DNA from: an uncultured Bacteroides sp.
GTDB taxonomy: Bacteria > Bacteroidota > Bacteroidia > Bacteroidales > GCA-2748055
Assembly (NCBI GenBank): GCA_964500835.1
Contig: CAZCQL010000005.1
Coordinates: forward strand, 27,733-91,732
Length of the DNA stretch: 64,000 bases
Reading direction: 5' to 3'
Below the pieces are notes generated by a model, which did no database searches, was not told the origin of the DNA, and saw only the letters and a program-made list of their open reading frames with translations. The position numbers were made by a program, and so were the translations under genes. Below, in pieces: positions 55,388 to 64,000 of this stretch; positions within the stretch are counted from its first letter, which is position 1; every line of letters starts with the position of its first letter.

Positions 55388-56825
55388 AATATGGGTTTTG
55401 ATTCAATAAATAATTTCTTTCCAATTCATCAGCTTCAATGGGCAAATACCAGCCCCAAGGATTGGTAAGCTTTGTGGAAAGCAGAAGTTTTTGGGTTGAA
55501 GGGACCTTTTCTACGATGATCTCGATCAGCTTGCTTTTTCTCATATAGTCGTTTCTCCTGCCCAATCTGAGAAGGTCAAACCACCTTTTGCCTTCAAAGG
55601 CCAGTTCGCGAGCCCTTTCTTCTAAGATCAGATCTTCGAAAGCTGAAGGGGTATTTGAAACGGAGAGCGGATTCATCAGCCTCTTCGTGCGAAGATCATT
55701 CACAATCGCCAGGGCTTCGTCAAAGCGGCCGACCTGGGATAATGCTTCTGCTTTCATTAGAAGCAGATCTGCCATCCGGTATACAATCCAGTTACCACTC
55801 TTATTGTCTTCTCCAGGACGAAGGGTTTTACCATCAGCTGCAGCTCCCGCATATTTCCAGATTTTTGAATCCGAGATCCTTATGGATCCTTCTCCCCTGA
55901 TGATCTCCTTGGACTGAGATGGATCTAGCAAATCCATCGCACTGGTGCTGGCCAGAAAATTCCTGAAGAAATAGGTCAGGTCATAGGTGGAATTATACTG
56001 CTCCAGTGAAGCATCAAACTGGAATTCGAAAATACCTTCCAGGGAATTGCCAGGGTAGAAAATGCCGAACCACTGTGATCCCGGAACCGGCTCATAACCC
56101 TCATCTTCGACTGCCTCCACATAGGAAATACAGTCTTCATAATCAAAACTCCAGAGAGAAATGTCTGCAAGCAAAGCATTTATCGAGGCCTTCGTGGCCC
56201 TTCCCTTGGTCTCCTCCAGGTTCCCGTATTCCTCCCTCACTCCTTTTCGTGCCACCAGCAGATCATCCGTGATCTGATCCAGGATCTCTTCCGGGGCGGA
56301 GGTGGGCTGGAAGAAATCCACATTGTCCGATTCAGAGGCCTCAAGAATGAGCGGGACCTCCCGGAAAATCCTTACCAGGTAGAAGTATGAAAGACTACGC
56401 AGGAACAACGCTTCAGATTCAAAAACCCTCATCTGGTACTCAGAAAATGTTGCATCTGCTTCCTGAACAATTGGTGCGTATTTCAGCACTGAATTGCAAT
56501 GGGTGATAACCGTATAGAAACGGGACCAGTCGCACAGGCGGTTGTCCGGGAAAATGTTCCCATCCATAATATCGCGGTAGTCACTTGCGGCATTCACATC
56601 ATAGACGATCATGTCTCCCCTTAATTCCCCGGTCAGGAACAGGGTAGCATCCAGCTGTGCAAACTCCTGGTAGGCCCCCATCAGAGAGGCCTCCACATCC
56701 TCCTTGGATTTCCAGTATTCATCCCTTACCAATCCGTCCGGCGGGACCAATTCCAACCAGCCCTCACATGATGATATGAGCAGGGGGAACAGGATGAATG
56801 GTATTATTTTTAATTTTAATTGCAT
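55365..56825 (-). CDS. SusD/RagB-family outer-membrane lipoprotein
   Basis: Start placed at the ATG at 56825 (MQLKLKIIPFILFPLLISSC), 13 nt after the SusC stop. SLSYFYLVRIFREVPL. ERARELAFEGKRWFDLLRLGRRNDY. Confidence 0.85.
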   Translation of the reverse strand: MQLKLKIIPFILFPLLISSCEGWLELVPPDGLVRDEYWKSKEDVEASLMGAYQEFAQLDATLFLTGELRGDMIVYDVNAASDYRDIMDGNIFPDNRLCDWSRFYTVITHCNSVLKYAPIVQEADATFSEYQMRVFESEALFLRSLSYFYLVRIFREVPLILEASESDNVDFFQPTSAPEEILDQITDDLLVARKGVREEYGNLEETKGRATKASINALLADISLWSFDYEDCISYVEAVEDEGYEPVPGSQWFGIFYPGNSLEGIFEFQFDASLEQYNSTYDLTYFFRNFLASTSAMDLLDPSQSKEIIRGEGSIRISDSKIWKYAGAAADGKTLRPGEDNKSGNWIVYRMADLLLMKAEALSQVGRFDEALAIVNDLRTKRLMNPLSVSNTPSAFEDLILEERARELAFEGKRWFDLLRLGRRNDYMRKSKLIEIIVEKVPSTQKLLLSTKLTNPWGWYLPIEADELERNYLLNQNPYYAGYETN

Positions 56826-56838
56826 AGCTTGTAGTTTA

Positions 56839-59800
56839 TCAGAACCCGGCAGAAATGCTAAATACATAGGACTTCGGTACGGGTGTTCGTGCTTTATCCG
56901 TTCCGAACCAGAATGGATCATCTCCGGTCTGGGGAATCTCCGGGTCCTGGCCTGTGTAGTTTGTGAATGTCAGGATTTTACGCATGGATATTGCAAAGTC
57001 CAGAGACTTTAACCCTATCCGTGAACAAGTCTCCCTTGACAGCCTATAGCTGAAGGTCATGTTGTTCAGGCGAAGGAAGTCTCCGTTTTCCACGTAGCGT
57101 TCCGATCCCAGGTTATTGGCCGGGTGATCCATGTATGCACGGGGAATCATGTTCTCTTCATCCTGGCCCTGTATGCGCCACCTGTGGAGAACCGCCTTAC
57201 TCTGGTTGTTCCTGTCAAGCATTCCTTCCGTATCCAAAGCGACTTCATTTACGATCTGGAACCCGGTCCTGTAATGAAATTGTGCCGAAGCACTGAATTG
57301 CCTCCAGACAAAGGTGCTGCCGAATCCACCGATGAAATCGGGATTAGAATCACCCAGGTATACCACGTCCAACAGATCGATGTTCCCGTCATGGTTAACA
57401 TCCTCATAGATAGCATCTCCACCAACAAACTTATATTGCTTGTTAAAGGTGAGCGGGACGGGAACCTTGTTTGCGTCAAGCAAAACGTTGCCGTTGGCAT
57501 CCAGGGCGACCACATCTTCATCCGAGGGCCAAACCCCGAGATAGCGGAAGCCGTAAAAGGCTCCCACGGGCTGACCGATATCCGCCCTCCGTGGGTAGAG
57601 TCCATTCCCGATATTGGTGGCCACTTCATTATTGAAGTTCTCGGGAAACTCCAGGAACACGTTAAAATTGTTGGCAATATTGAAATTCACGTCCCATCTG
57701 AGTCTCTCTTTCCTGATAATACCTAACCGGGTAAAGAATTCCCAACCCTTGTTTTCCAGCATCCCGCCGTTGTAATAATTCAAAACGGTATAACCGGAAG
57801 ATTTCGGAATCTTATAGTTTTTCCAGAGAATATCCTCCGTGGTTTTCTTATAAATTTCGCCGGTCAGTATAATGCGGTCTTTCAGGAAACCGAGGTCCAG
57901 GCCCAGGTTCAACTGGCTCACTGTTTGCCACTTCAGGTTTTCCAGCTGCACTTGCTGCTGGATGATAATGGGATTGTCAATGTACTGGTTAGGATTGGAG
58001 GTATTGAAGATGGCATGTCGGGCATAGGCTGAAGAAGGCTGTTTCCCGGTCTGACCCCAGCTGAACCTCAGCTTTGCATCAGACAGGGCTTCAATACCTG
58101 ACATGAATTCCTCTTCTGAAAACCTCCATCCAAGGCTAACACTGGGGAAAAGTCCCCACCGCTGGTTGGAGCCGAATTTCGAGCTTCCGTCAATACTGGC
58201 AATCATTGAAAAGATGTACCGGTCTTTGAATTTGTAATTCAAGCTGCTCCTTAGTCCTATTCCCCTGTTTTCACTGGATCCTGAGTTGAGCCTCAGTATG
58301 GGGGCATTTGCTGCCGGATCCGTTATGCCGCCTCCGGGGCCCCTGCTCGTGTAAAGGGCCGCATATTCGGTGGACTGCATCTCCACATCCGCGAGTACCA
58401 TACCCGATATAGAATGGGCCGGATTTTTCAGTCGCGGAATGAAACTGAGCTGGGATCTTGAGATAATCTTGTTGGTGGTGTAATTCTGCTCCCAGGCAAA
58501 GTTGTTCAGGTCGTTCAGCCAGTCTGTTCCGATGGCATCGATAGGCAGGTATTGTTTCCTTTTGCGGTTCAGATATTGAAAGGAAATAGTTTGACGGAAC
58601 CTGAGCCAGGCCAAAATGTTGTAATCCAGCACAAAACTATTTTGCACCTGGTTATCGTCCTGGTCGTTGAAACTTAAGTTGGCTACGGCAACCGGGTTGA
58701 AATACTTGTCCCCGTCTCCCTGGTAGCTATAGATTGGGGTAAAGTATTCTCCTGTCAGGTTCCCGTTTTCATCATGTTCCCAGATGGCCATATTGGGAGC
58801 CTTGATGTAGGCCATCTGCCGCACATTGACCCTTTCTTTCTTCCCATCCCCGTCGGTATCAAGCCTGAATTCATAGTTGTCTTCTTTGGCAGTGTTCGAA
58901 TAATTAAAATTCACAGAGAACCTGATCTTGCTACTTATGTTATAGTCCAGGTTAATCCTGGTTGACAGGCGATTAAGGGAGGTATTCTTGGTGGTCCCGT
59001 CATTTTTCTGGTAGTTCACCGAAGCAAAATATCTGGTTTTATCCCCTCCACCTGAAACCTTGAAGTACTGGTCATTGATAAAACCGGTCTGGGATATTGC
59101 CTCAACCCAGTCCGTATTCTTGTTGTAATTGTAGAAATCCACATAATCCCTGTCATAGGCAATCTCATCCGGAATCTCAAAAAGTCCCTGCTGGTTGAGC
59201 AATTGTTCGAGTTGCATCATAATATATTCATCTCCATTCAGCATGGGAATGGGAGGAGGCTGTACATTGATGGTATATTTCCCCTGGTATTCAAATCGCG
59301 TACTTCCCCGCTTACCTCTTTGGGTCTGGATGATCAACACCCCGTCGGCGCCCTTGGAACCCCAGATAGCTGCTGAGGCCGCGTCCTTTAACACGTCTAT
59401 GGATTTGATGTCCTGGGGGGAAATATTGACCAGGTCCCCGATATCTTCCTGATCAGCCGATCCAAAGTCAAATCCTTCATCAATTTTTATGTCCTGGGGG
59501 ATATCATCCACCACGATCAGCGGCGTGGATCCTCCCAGAGAGCCCAGTCCCCTGATCACGATCTGAGAACCCCCTCCGGGATTACCCGATGTCATGATAT
59601 CCAGACCTGAGACTTTTCCCTGCAGGGCTTCCTCTGCCGATACTACCCCCATATATTTCGCTTCCGACATGTCGATCCTTACCTGGGAACCCGTAATATC
59701 CCTCTGTGCAACACCGGTTAAGGAATTGAAATCAGACTCTGCAGTGATAACTACCTCCTCCATCTGTATGGCGGAGGACTTGAGCTCAATATTGATCACT

Positions 59801-60081
59801 GCGCGACCCAGTATGGAGAATTCGGCACTGGTGTATCCAATGTAGCTGATGATAATGATATCTTTCGGATTCTCTACCCGGAGGTTGTAGTTCCCGTTTG
59901 GGTCGGTGATTGTCCCCTTGATGATCCTTCGGTCCTTATCATATTCCGTAACTGTGGCTCCTATGATCCTGCTTCCATCCTCGCTGTCGGTTACCGTACC
60001 GCGGATAATTGTCTGAGCTGATACTCCGGCAGAGACCAGAAGCATAAAAAAGATGAAGATTTGTCTGATTAGGATTTTCAT
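56839..60081 (-). CDS. SusC/RagA-family TonB-dependent transporter
   Basis: MKILIRQIFIFFMLLVSAGVSAQ. IRGTVTDSEDGSRIIGATV is the CarbopepD_reg-like domain. PLIVVDDIPQD and IDVLKDAASAAIWGSKGADGVLIIQTQRG are also present. The protein is 1080 aa. Confidence 0.9.
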   Translation of the reverse strand: MKILIRQIFIFFMLLVSAGVSAQTIIRGTVTDSEDGSRIIGATVTEYDKDRRIIKGTITDPNGNYNLRVENPKDIIIISYIGYTSAEFSILGRAVINIELKSSAIQMEEVVITAESDFNSLTGVAQRDITGSQVRIDMSEAKYMGVVSAEEALQGKVSGLDIMTSGNPGGGSQIVIRGLGSLGGSTPLIVVDDIPQDIKIDEGFDFGSADQEDIGDLVNISPQDIKSIDVLKDAASAAIWGSKGADGVLIIQTQRGKRGSTRFEYQGKYTINVQPPPIPMLNGDEYIMMQLEQLLNQQGLFEIPDEIAYDRDYVDFYNYNKNTDWVEAISQTGFINDQYFKVSGGGDKTRYFASVNYQKNDGTTKNTSLNRLSTRINLDYNISSKIRFSVNFNYSNTAKEDNYEFRLDTDGDGKKERVNVRQMAYIKAPNMAIWEHDENGNLTGEYFTPIYSYQGDGDKYFNPVAVANLSFNDQDDNQVQNSFVLDYNILAWLRFRQTISFQYLNRKRKQYLPIDAIGTDWLNDLNNFAWEQNYTTNKIISRSQLSFIPRLKNPAHSISGMVLADVEMQSTEYAALYTSRGPGGGITDPAANAPILRLNSGSSENRGIGLRSSLNYKFKDRYIFSMIASIDGSSKFGSNQRWGLFPSVSLGWRFSEEEFMSGIEALSDAKLRFSWGQTGKQPSSAYARHAIFNTSNPNQYIDNPIIIQQQVQLENLKWQTVSQLNLGLDLGFLKDRIILTGEIYKKTTEDILWKNYKIPKSSGYTVLNYYNGGMLENKGWEFFTRLGIIRKERLRWDVNFNIANNFNVFLEFPENFNNEVATNIGNGLYPRRADIGQPVGAFYGFRYLGVWPSDEDVVALDANGNVLLDANKVPVPLTFNKQYKFVGGDAIYEDVNHDGNIDLLDVVYLGDSNPDFIGGFGSTFVWRQFSASAQFHYRTGFQIVNEVALDTEGMLDRNNQSKAVLHRWRIQGQDEENMIPRAYMDHPANNLGSERYVENGDFLRLNNMTFSYRLSRETCSRIGLKSLDFAISMRKILTFTNYTGQDPEIPQTGDDPFWFGTDKARTPVPKSYVFSISAGF

Positions 60082-60088
60082 TCTTTCT

Positions 60089-62371
60089 CTATTGTTTGAT
60101 CAGGACAGTGTCAATTTCATGCAAAACTCCGGTTGTAATATAGTCATAGACAGAGGTGGACTCTTCATCCAGATCTGTGGCGATCATCAGATTTGTATGG
60201 TCCTCCTGTTCGAGAATTTCAGTATAGGTACCCCCATGCATGTCCAGGATCCTGATCAGATCATCGCCTGTCTCAATACGTATTGTCGAATACCTGGTGG
60301 TATATGGCGTGGAGGATTCATCTACGCGCAAGGTCTCATAGGTTCCGTCAGGACTGCTCCCGTCGGTCCATATTTTGGTTCCCCTTATGAAATGGTACTT
60401 TACAAATTGCTGCAGTTCTTCCGTGGATAGCGTATCTGTATTATATTTTCCCAGGGCCTCCTCGGTGGGAATCAACACCGTATAAGTTTCTCCTTCAGTT
60501 AAAAAAGGGAAGGTATAATATATCTGATCATAAAGGCCGGCTCTGTCGATCAGGTTGAAGAAACCGGGATAAGACGTGATCCATGAGTACATAGAGGTAG
60601 TAGGATTGGAGAACCAACCTTGTACCTCCATGGTAGTGCCGTTGTCGGTGGGTTCCTCAAGTGGATTGGGATGCACATCAATGGCTGAATCCCCGTTATA
60701 ACCCCATTTGGTCGGCAATGCTCCTGATACCGTATTCTCCTCATTATTTACTACGATATAATTTCCGGCGAGGTTTTCAATGAATTCTTTACTGGCACTT
60801 CCTGTTGGCAGGGTAGTCCCTACCTGGTTCAGGATCATTTTGGTCAGCTGGTTCCTGGGTACGACAGTCATTCTATCACTGGTCCGGTCATATGCCTGGA
60901 AATTGAATCGGTTCGTAGAATAGTCGATCCAATTGATTAAAAGGGATGAATCTTCGGAAAAGGATGCATCGGATTGTGCATAGAAAATGTAATCCCTTCC
61001 CTCTTCCTTCAATGCGGGGAGCACTTTGGCAAACTCCAGTGCATATAACAGAAAGGAATATCCCGGTCGCAGGTAAATGGGACCGGTTATGCTTGAGAAT
61101 GCCCGTGGAACTACTACCCGGTTCAGCCCGAGGAAACTGCAGTTGCTGCCATAGTATTTATAGATAATATCCGCCTCGTTTATGGTAATCTTATCATCGG
61201 CCCCATTAAGGAATCCCGCCTCTAAATTGCTGCGGTAGATGGGTGTTTTTGCCATATGTGAATTCAGGATTATTCGCTTCACCACAAGTGGTACTCCATC
61301 AAAATCTATCCAGTGTGGGTAGCCGCTTTTACTGGTCACCACTTCGTCAAGAAAATTCTGGAATGCCTCATCTGTGGGTACCAGGATCCCATTCTGGTAC
61401 CTAACGGTATAATTGGAAACATTTGTATTCGGTCCGGTGAGTTCTTCATGCAGGTTGAAAGTCAGGTCAGGATAATCCAGGTAGTAGAGGGTGTCAAATA
61501 TGCCCCCGGCCTTGGCTTCCGGTTGTTTATTGGTTACCTCCATGTCAGCTGAAAAAGAGGCAAAGTGATTGAATGCTTCCCTGAAAGTACTGAAACTGAA
61601 TCCTGAGTGCTCCAGGTCTAAGATCTGTTCAGCATTATAAAGCAGATCTGTTACCTTATCAATTTCGTAGATGAAACCATTTTCGGCGAAAATTTCTTCG
61701 CTTACGATTTTGGCATTTCCAAAATACATGTTTCCATTTTCATAGGCCCTGTCATAGTAAAATTCATAGTCATCGTATCGCAGGTCATTCACACTGAAGT
61801 AGTCATCAAAAAAGAGCGGCCCGTATTTCCGCGATCCCGCATAAACTTTTTTATAGTCATCCGATTCGGTCGAATCCACGATCAGGTCATTGATGATGTA
61901 GTACTTTTTGTCTGCATCTTTCTGGATCGTCTGACGTTTGTATCCCCGGGGCTTGTTATTATCCGGATCATCCTGGTCAATCCAGCCATAAATATCAAGG
62001 GATTTCATTTGTTTCAGACTCCAGCCATTCTGCAGCACATGTCTTTCAACCAGGTTTTCCAACTCCTGCGCCGGGATGTTCTCCGGCGAGCCTCCGTATT
62101 CCGGGTGTTTGCCAAACCACTGTTCAAAGGCTTCATTGGTCGGACCAAATACGGTATAACTCCCCGTGACATCCAGGATGGTGTCGTAGCCGGTAAGTTC
62201 AAGGCATTCCTGGAATATTGAAAGATCAGTCCGGGTAGTGATCTGTGTATATATTTTCCCGGCAAGCCAGTCGGGCCGCTGATACTTATCCAGTTCATAT
62301 ATATCCCTGCATCCGTAAAGAAGTGCGCAGGCAAACAGAACAATAGAAAACAGTTTCCTGTCCATACCCAT
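60089..62371 (-). CDS. Multi-FAS1 (fasciclin) domain lipoprotein
   Basis: Lipobox LLYGC. GKIYTQITTRTDLSIFQECLELTGYDTILDVTGSYTVFGPTNEAFEQW plus further FAS1-like blocks (YTVLIPTEEALGKY, GVLHEIDTVLI). The stop is 7 nt before the SusC start. Confidence 0.7.
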   Translation of the reverse strand: MGMDRKLFSIVLFACALLYGCRDIYELDKYQRPDWLAGKIYTQITTRTDLSIFQECLELTGYDTILDVTGSYTVFGPTNEAFEQWFGKHPEYGGSPENIPAQELENLVERHVLQNGWSLKQMKSLDIYGWIDQDDPDNNKPRGYKRQTIQKDADKKYYIINDLIVDSTESDDYKKVYAGSRKYGPLFFDDYFSVNDLRYDDYEFYYDRAYENGNMYFGNAKIVSEEIFAENGFIYEIDKVTDLLYNAEQILDLEHSGFSFSTFREAFNHFASFSADMEVTNKQPEAKAGGIFDTLYYLDYPDLTFNLHEELTGPNTNVSNYTVRYQNGILVPTDEAFQNFLDEVVTSKSGYPHWIDFDGVPLVVKRIILNSHMAKTPIYRSNLEAGFLNGADDKITINEADIIYKYYGSNCSFLGLNRVVVPRAFSSITGPIYLRPGYSFLLYALEFAKVLPALKEEGRDYIFYAQSDASFSEDSSLLINWIDYSTNRFNFQAYDRTSDRMTVVPRNQLTKMILNQVGTTLPTGSASKEFIENLAGNYIVVNNEENTVSGALPTKWGYNGDSAIDVHPNPLEEPTDNGTTMEVQGWFSNPTTSMYSWITSYPGFFNLIDRAGLYDQIYYTFPFLTEGETYTVLIPTEEALGKYNTDTLSTEELQQFVKYHFIRGTKIWTDGSSPDGTYETLRVDESSTPYTTRYSTIRIETGDDLIRILDMHGGTYTEILEQEDHTNLMIATDLDEESTSVYDYITTGVLHEIDTVLIKQ

Positions 62372-62424
62372 GAAGTGGTTGTTCGTATTAATTTATAATA
62401 TTGAAGATCTCGGATCCTTACCAA

Positions 62425-62432
62425 CAAATATA
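62425..62432 (-). promoter_or_regulatory. Candidate Bacteroidota -7 promoter box (TATATTTG on the minus strand) for the FAS1-SusC-SusD operon
   Basis: Exact TAnnTTTG match 53 nt upstream of the ATG at 62371, and downstream of the terminator hairpin. I found no clean -33 TTTG at consensus spacing. Confidence 0.35.
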
Positions 62433-62482
62433 GAGTGAGAAAAGGATTTGAAGCTTGTTTAAATCGATCAAATTCTTGTCCA

Positions 62483-62518
62483 TTTTTAAAAAGGAGCCGG
62501 TCCTATGACCGGCTCCTT
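62483..62518 (-). terminator. Rho-independent terminator after the T9SS/PKD gene
   Basis: Perfect 10-bp (extendable to 12-bp) inverted repeat GGAGCCGGTC-CTAT-GACCGGCTCC at 62493-62516. On the minus strand it is followed by TTTTTAAAAA. It lies 30 nt after the stop at 62548. Confidence 0.8.
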
Positions 62519-62547
62519 CAGAAACTACTACTTACTACAAGAAGAGA

Positions 62548-64000
62548 CTACTTCTGTATCTCAATTCGCTGAGTGAATCTTATGTTATCAGATTCAACCT
62601 TCATCAGGTACAATCCAGCATCGAGGCTGCTGATATCGATATCTGTTTTATCAGCTGAGAGTTTTGCATTATAAACTGCACGACCAGTGATGCTGTAGAT
62701 GGAAACCATTGAGGTCCTGCCTGGCATATTCGTCAATTCCAATGTCAGCTTATCTTTAACCGGGTTGGGATAAATATGCATGGCAGGTGCCAGCATGTCA
62801 CCGACCCTGGTTGCACGCAGCGAGATGCTGACGAGAACTTCTGTAGTTGCAGCCCCGTCATTTACCGACAATGTGAAGGTATAGTCGCCCATGGCACTGA
62901 AGGTGACATTTGTGGAAAGCTGGTCAGCATTCTCAATGACCACATCTGCCGCGTTGCCGCTGGTGACTTCCCAGAGGTAAGTGATTGATGGAGGCTGTGG
63001 CAGGCCATCATCATCCACAGTGGCTGACAACTGGATGGTTCCTGTCTCATTCATGATCGAATCACTAAATGCAAGAGTCACCACAGGTGCCTGGTTCACA
63101 TCCGGATTGGATTCCAGCTGGAAGGTCAGGAAGTAAATGGTTGTATTGGTACCATCTTCCGAGACAACCTTCAGAACATCATCATATGAAATGACTCCAT
63201 CCACTCTCTCATGTCCCGACTTGCTCAGGATGGTAGCTGTGGCTCCTTTAACCACTTCAGTACTCCTGAAAAAGAGTCCAACGGTGGTTCCTTCCGCAAT
63301 ACCGCTGATCTCATCCCCTTCATCGTCCACGTTGTAGACGGAAGAGATCACAAAGGCATCACTGGAAAGGGTGGCAGGTTCCAGCTTATAGGTAATGATG
63401 GTTACCAGGTCCTGGGCCACCACCTCGAAATAGATGTCCGATCCCACTTTTGTATCTACCTTGTCAGAATTATAATTCATATAGTGCATCGGGACCAGCT
63501 CACCGGCGCCGTTAATGATATTCATTACAGCCAGATCGGGTACATTCACAGCAGCAACCAAATCCTTCAGGAGACTCCCGAATACCACACCTGAAATCAT
63601 TCCGGTTGATCCGTCGATATTGATGGTGTAGTCAGATGGATCATCCACCAGGGTGAGTACCGCATCGCTGTCCAGCGGCTGGTCGGTCAGCGTGTACCAG
63701 GAAGTGTTCAGGCCGTCTGCCGAAAGTACCACAAGGGTATCCCCCCCTGCCACAGCAGCAGCTGCATCTTTCATACTTCCGTCAGTTCCACTGTGTACAC
63801 TCAGCTCCTGTCCCGAATCCGCTTTATCCACGTATCCGAAGAATGTTTCTACCGTTGTGGAAGTGAGATCACCCTGGAGAGTCTGTCCCACTCCATAACC
63901 GTCACTCACCAGGTAAATCCCTGAAGTTATTGTGGACAGGTATACTGTCACGGGATTCATCACATGTGATCCGATCAGATCCGGGATATTGTCCTGGGCA
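62548..64000 (-). CDS. Secreted protein with a PKD-like domain and a T9SS C-terminal sorting domain; N-terminus lies beyond the window
   Basis: The frame stays open to position 64000, upstream of the listed Met. The PKD-like block is APVVTLAFSD...YLWEVTSGNAADVVIENADQLSTNVTFSAMGDYTFTLSVNDG. The CTD is IYPNPVKDKLTLEL...IYSITGRAVY...LDAGLYLMKVESDN...RIEIQK. Confidence 0.75.
   Translation of the reverse strand, partial: AQDNIPDLIGSHVMNPVTVYLSTITSGIYLVSDGYGVGQTLQGDLTSTTVETFFGYVDKADSGQELSVHSGTDGSMKDAAAAVAGGDTLVVLSADGLNTSWYTLTDQPLDSDAVLTLVDDPSDYTINIDGSTGMISGVVFGSLLKDLVAAVNVPDLAVMNIINGAGELVPMHYMNYNSDKVDTKVGSDIYFEVVAQDLVTIITYKLEPATLSSDAFVISSVYNVDDEGDEISGIAEGTTVGLFFRSTEVVKGATATILSKSGHERVDGVISYDDVLKVVSEDGTNTTIYFLTFQLESNPDVNQAPVVTLAFSDSIMNETGTIQLSATVDDDGLPQPPSITYLWEVTSGNAADVVIENADQLSTNVTFSAMGDYTFTLSVNDGAATTEVLVSISLRATRVGDMLAPAMHIYPNPVKDKLTLELTNMPGRTSMVSIYSITGRAVYNAKLSADKTDIDISSLDAGLYLMKVESDNIRFTQRIEIQK

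Noticed and set aside
1-64000. Search for tRNA/rRNA genes, transposases, integrases, phage genes, toxin-antitoxin pairs and CRISPR-Cas
   Set aside because: I recognised none in any frame. The rearrangement signs (truncated YjbR, CTD relic, deleted GH28) are not accompanied by identifiable mobile-element genes within the window.

Overview
The window looks like a Bacteroidota chromosome segment. It has SusC/SusD pairs, T9SS C-terminal sorting domains, many lipoprotein signal peptides and TAnnTTTG-type promoter boxes. I recognised no rRNA, tRNA, CRISPR array, transposase or integrase. All calls rest on reading the sequence and ORF track by eye; no searches were run.

Left part (1-23.7 kb): a mixed set of genes.
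- A secreted EEP-family nuclease/phosphatase that is missing from the supplied ORF track.
- A class III nucleotidyl cyclase fused to an HD domain.
- An exported caspase-like peptidase.
- A NIPSNAP protein.
- A PIG-L deacetylase.
- A Tat-exported Gfo/Idh/MocA oxidoreductase.
- An FtsX-type permease.

The most unusual element is a self-contained two-gene cassette at 6031-15208. It is one 2805-aa type I PKS/FAS-like megasynthase with the order KS-AT-DH-CMeT-psiKR-ER-KR-ACP-TE. Its stop codon overlaps the start of an Sfp-type phosphopantetheinyl transferase. The cassette is followed by a roughly 160-bp pyrimidine-rich decamer repeat array that contains the PPTase stop codon.

Right part (20.6-64 kb): a large polysaccharide utilization region centred on sulfatases and fucosidases.
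- Five Cys-type sulfatases.
- Two GH29 alpha-L-fucosidases.
- A FucP-like permease, divergent from an AraC regulator.
- An esterase.
- A BNR/Asp-box propeller protein.
- A 1203-aa DUF4091/GH123-like protein.
- Two paralogous uncharacterised propeller-like putative glycosidases.
- A GH28 pseudogene with an internal deletion.
- A tightly packed seven-gene block: FAS1-SusC-SusD-FAS1-FAS1-SusC-SusD.

The enzyme block from about 24 to 44 kb looks GC-richer than its surroundings. Its left edge carries the relic of a T9SS cargo gene.
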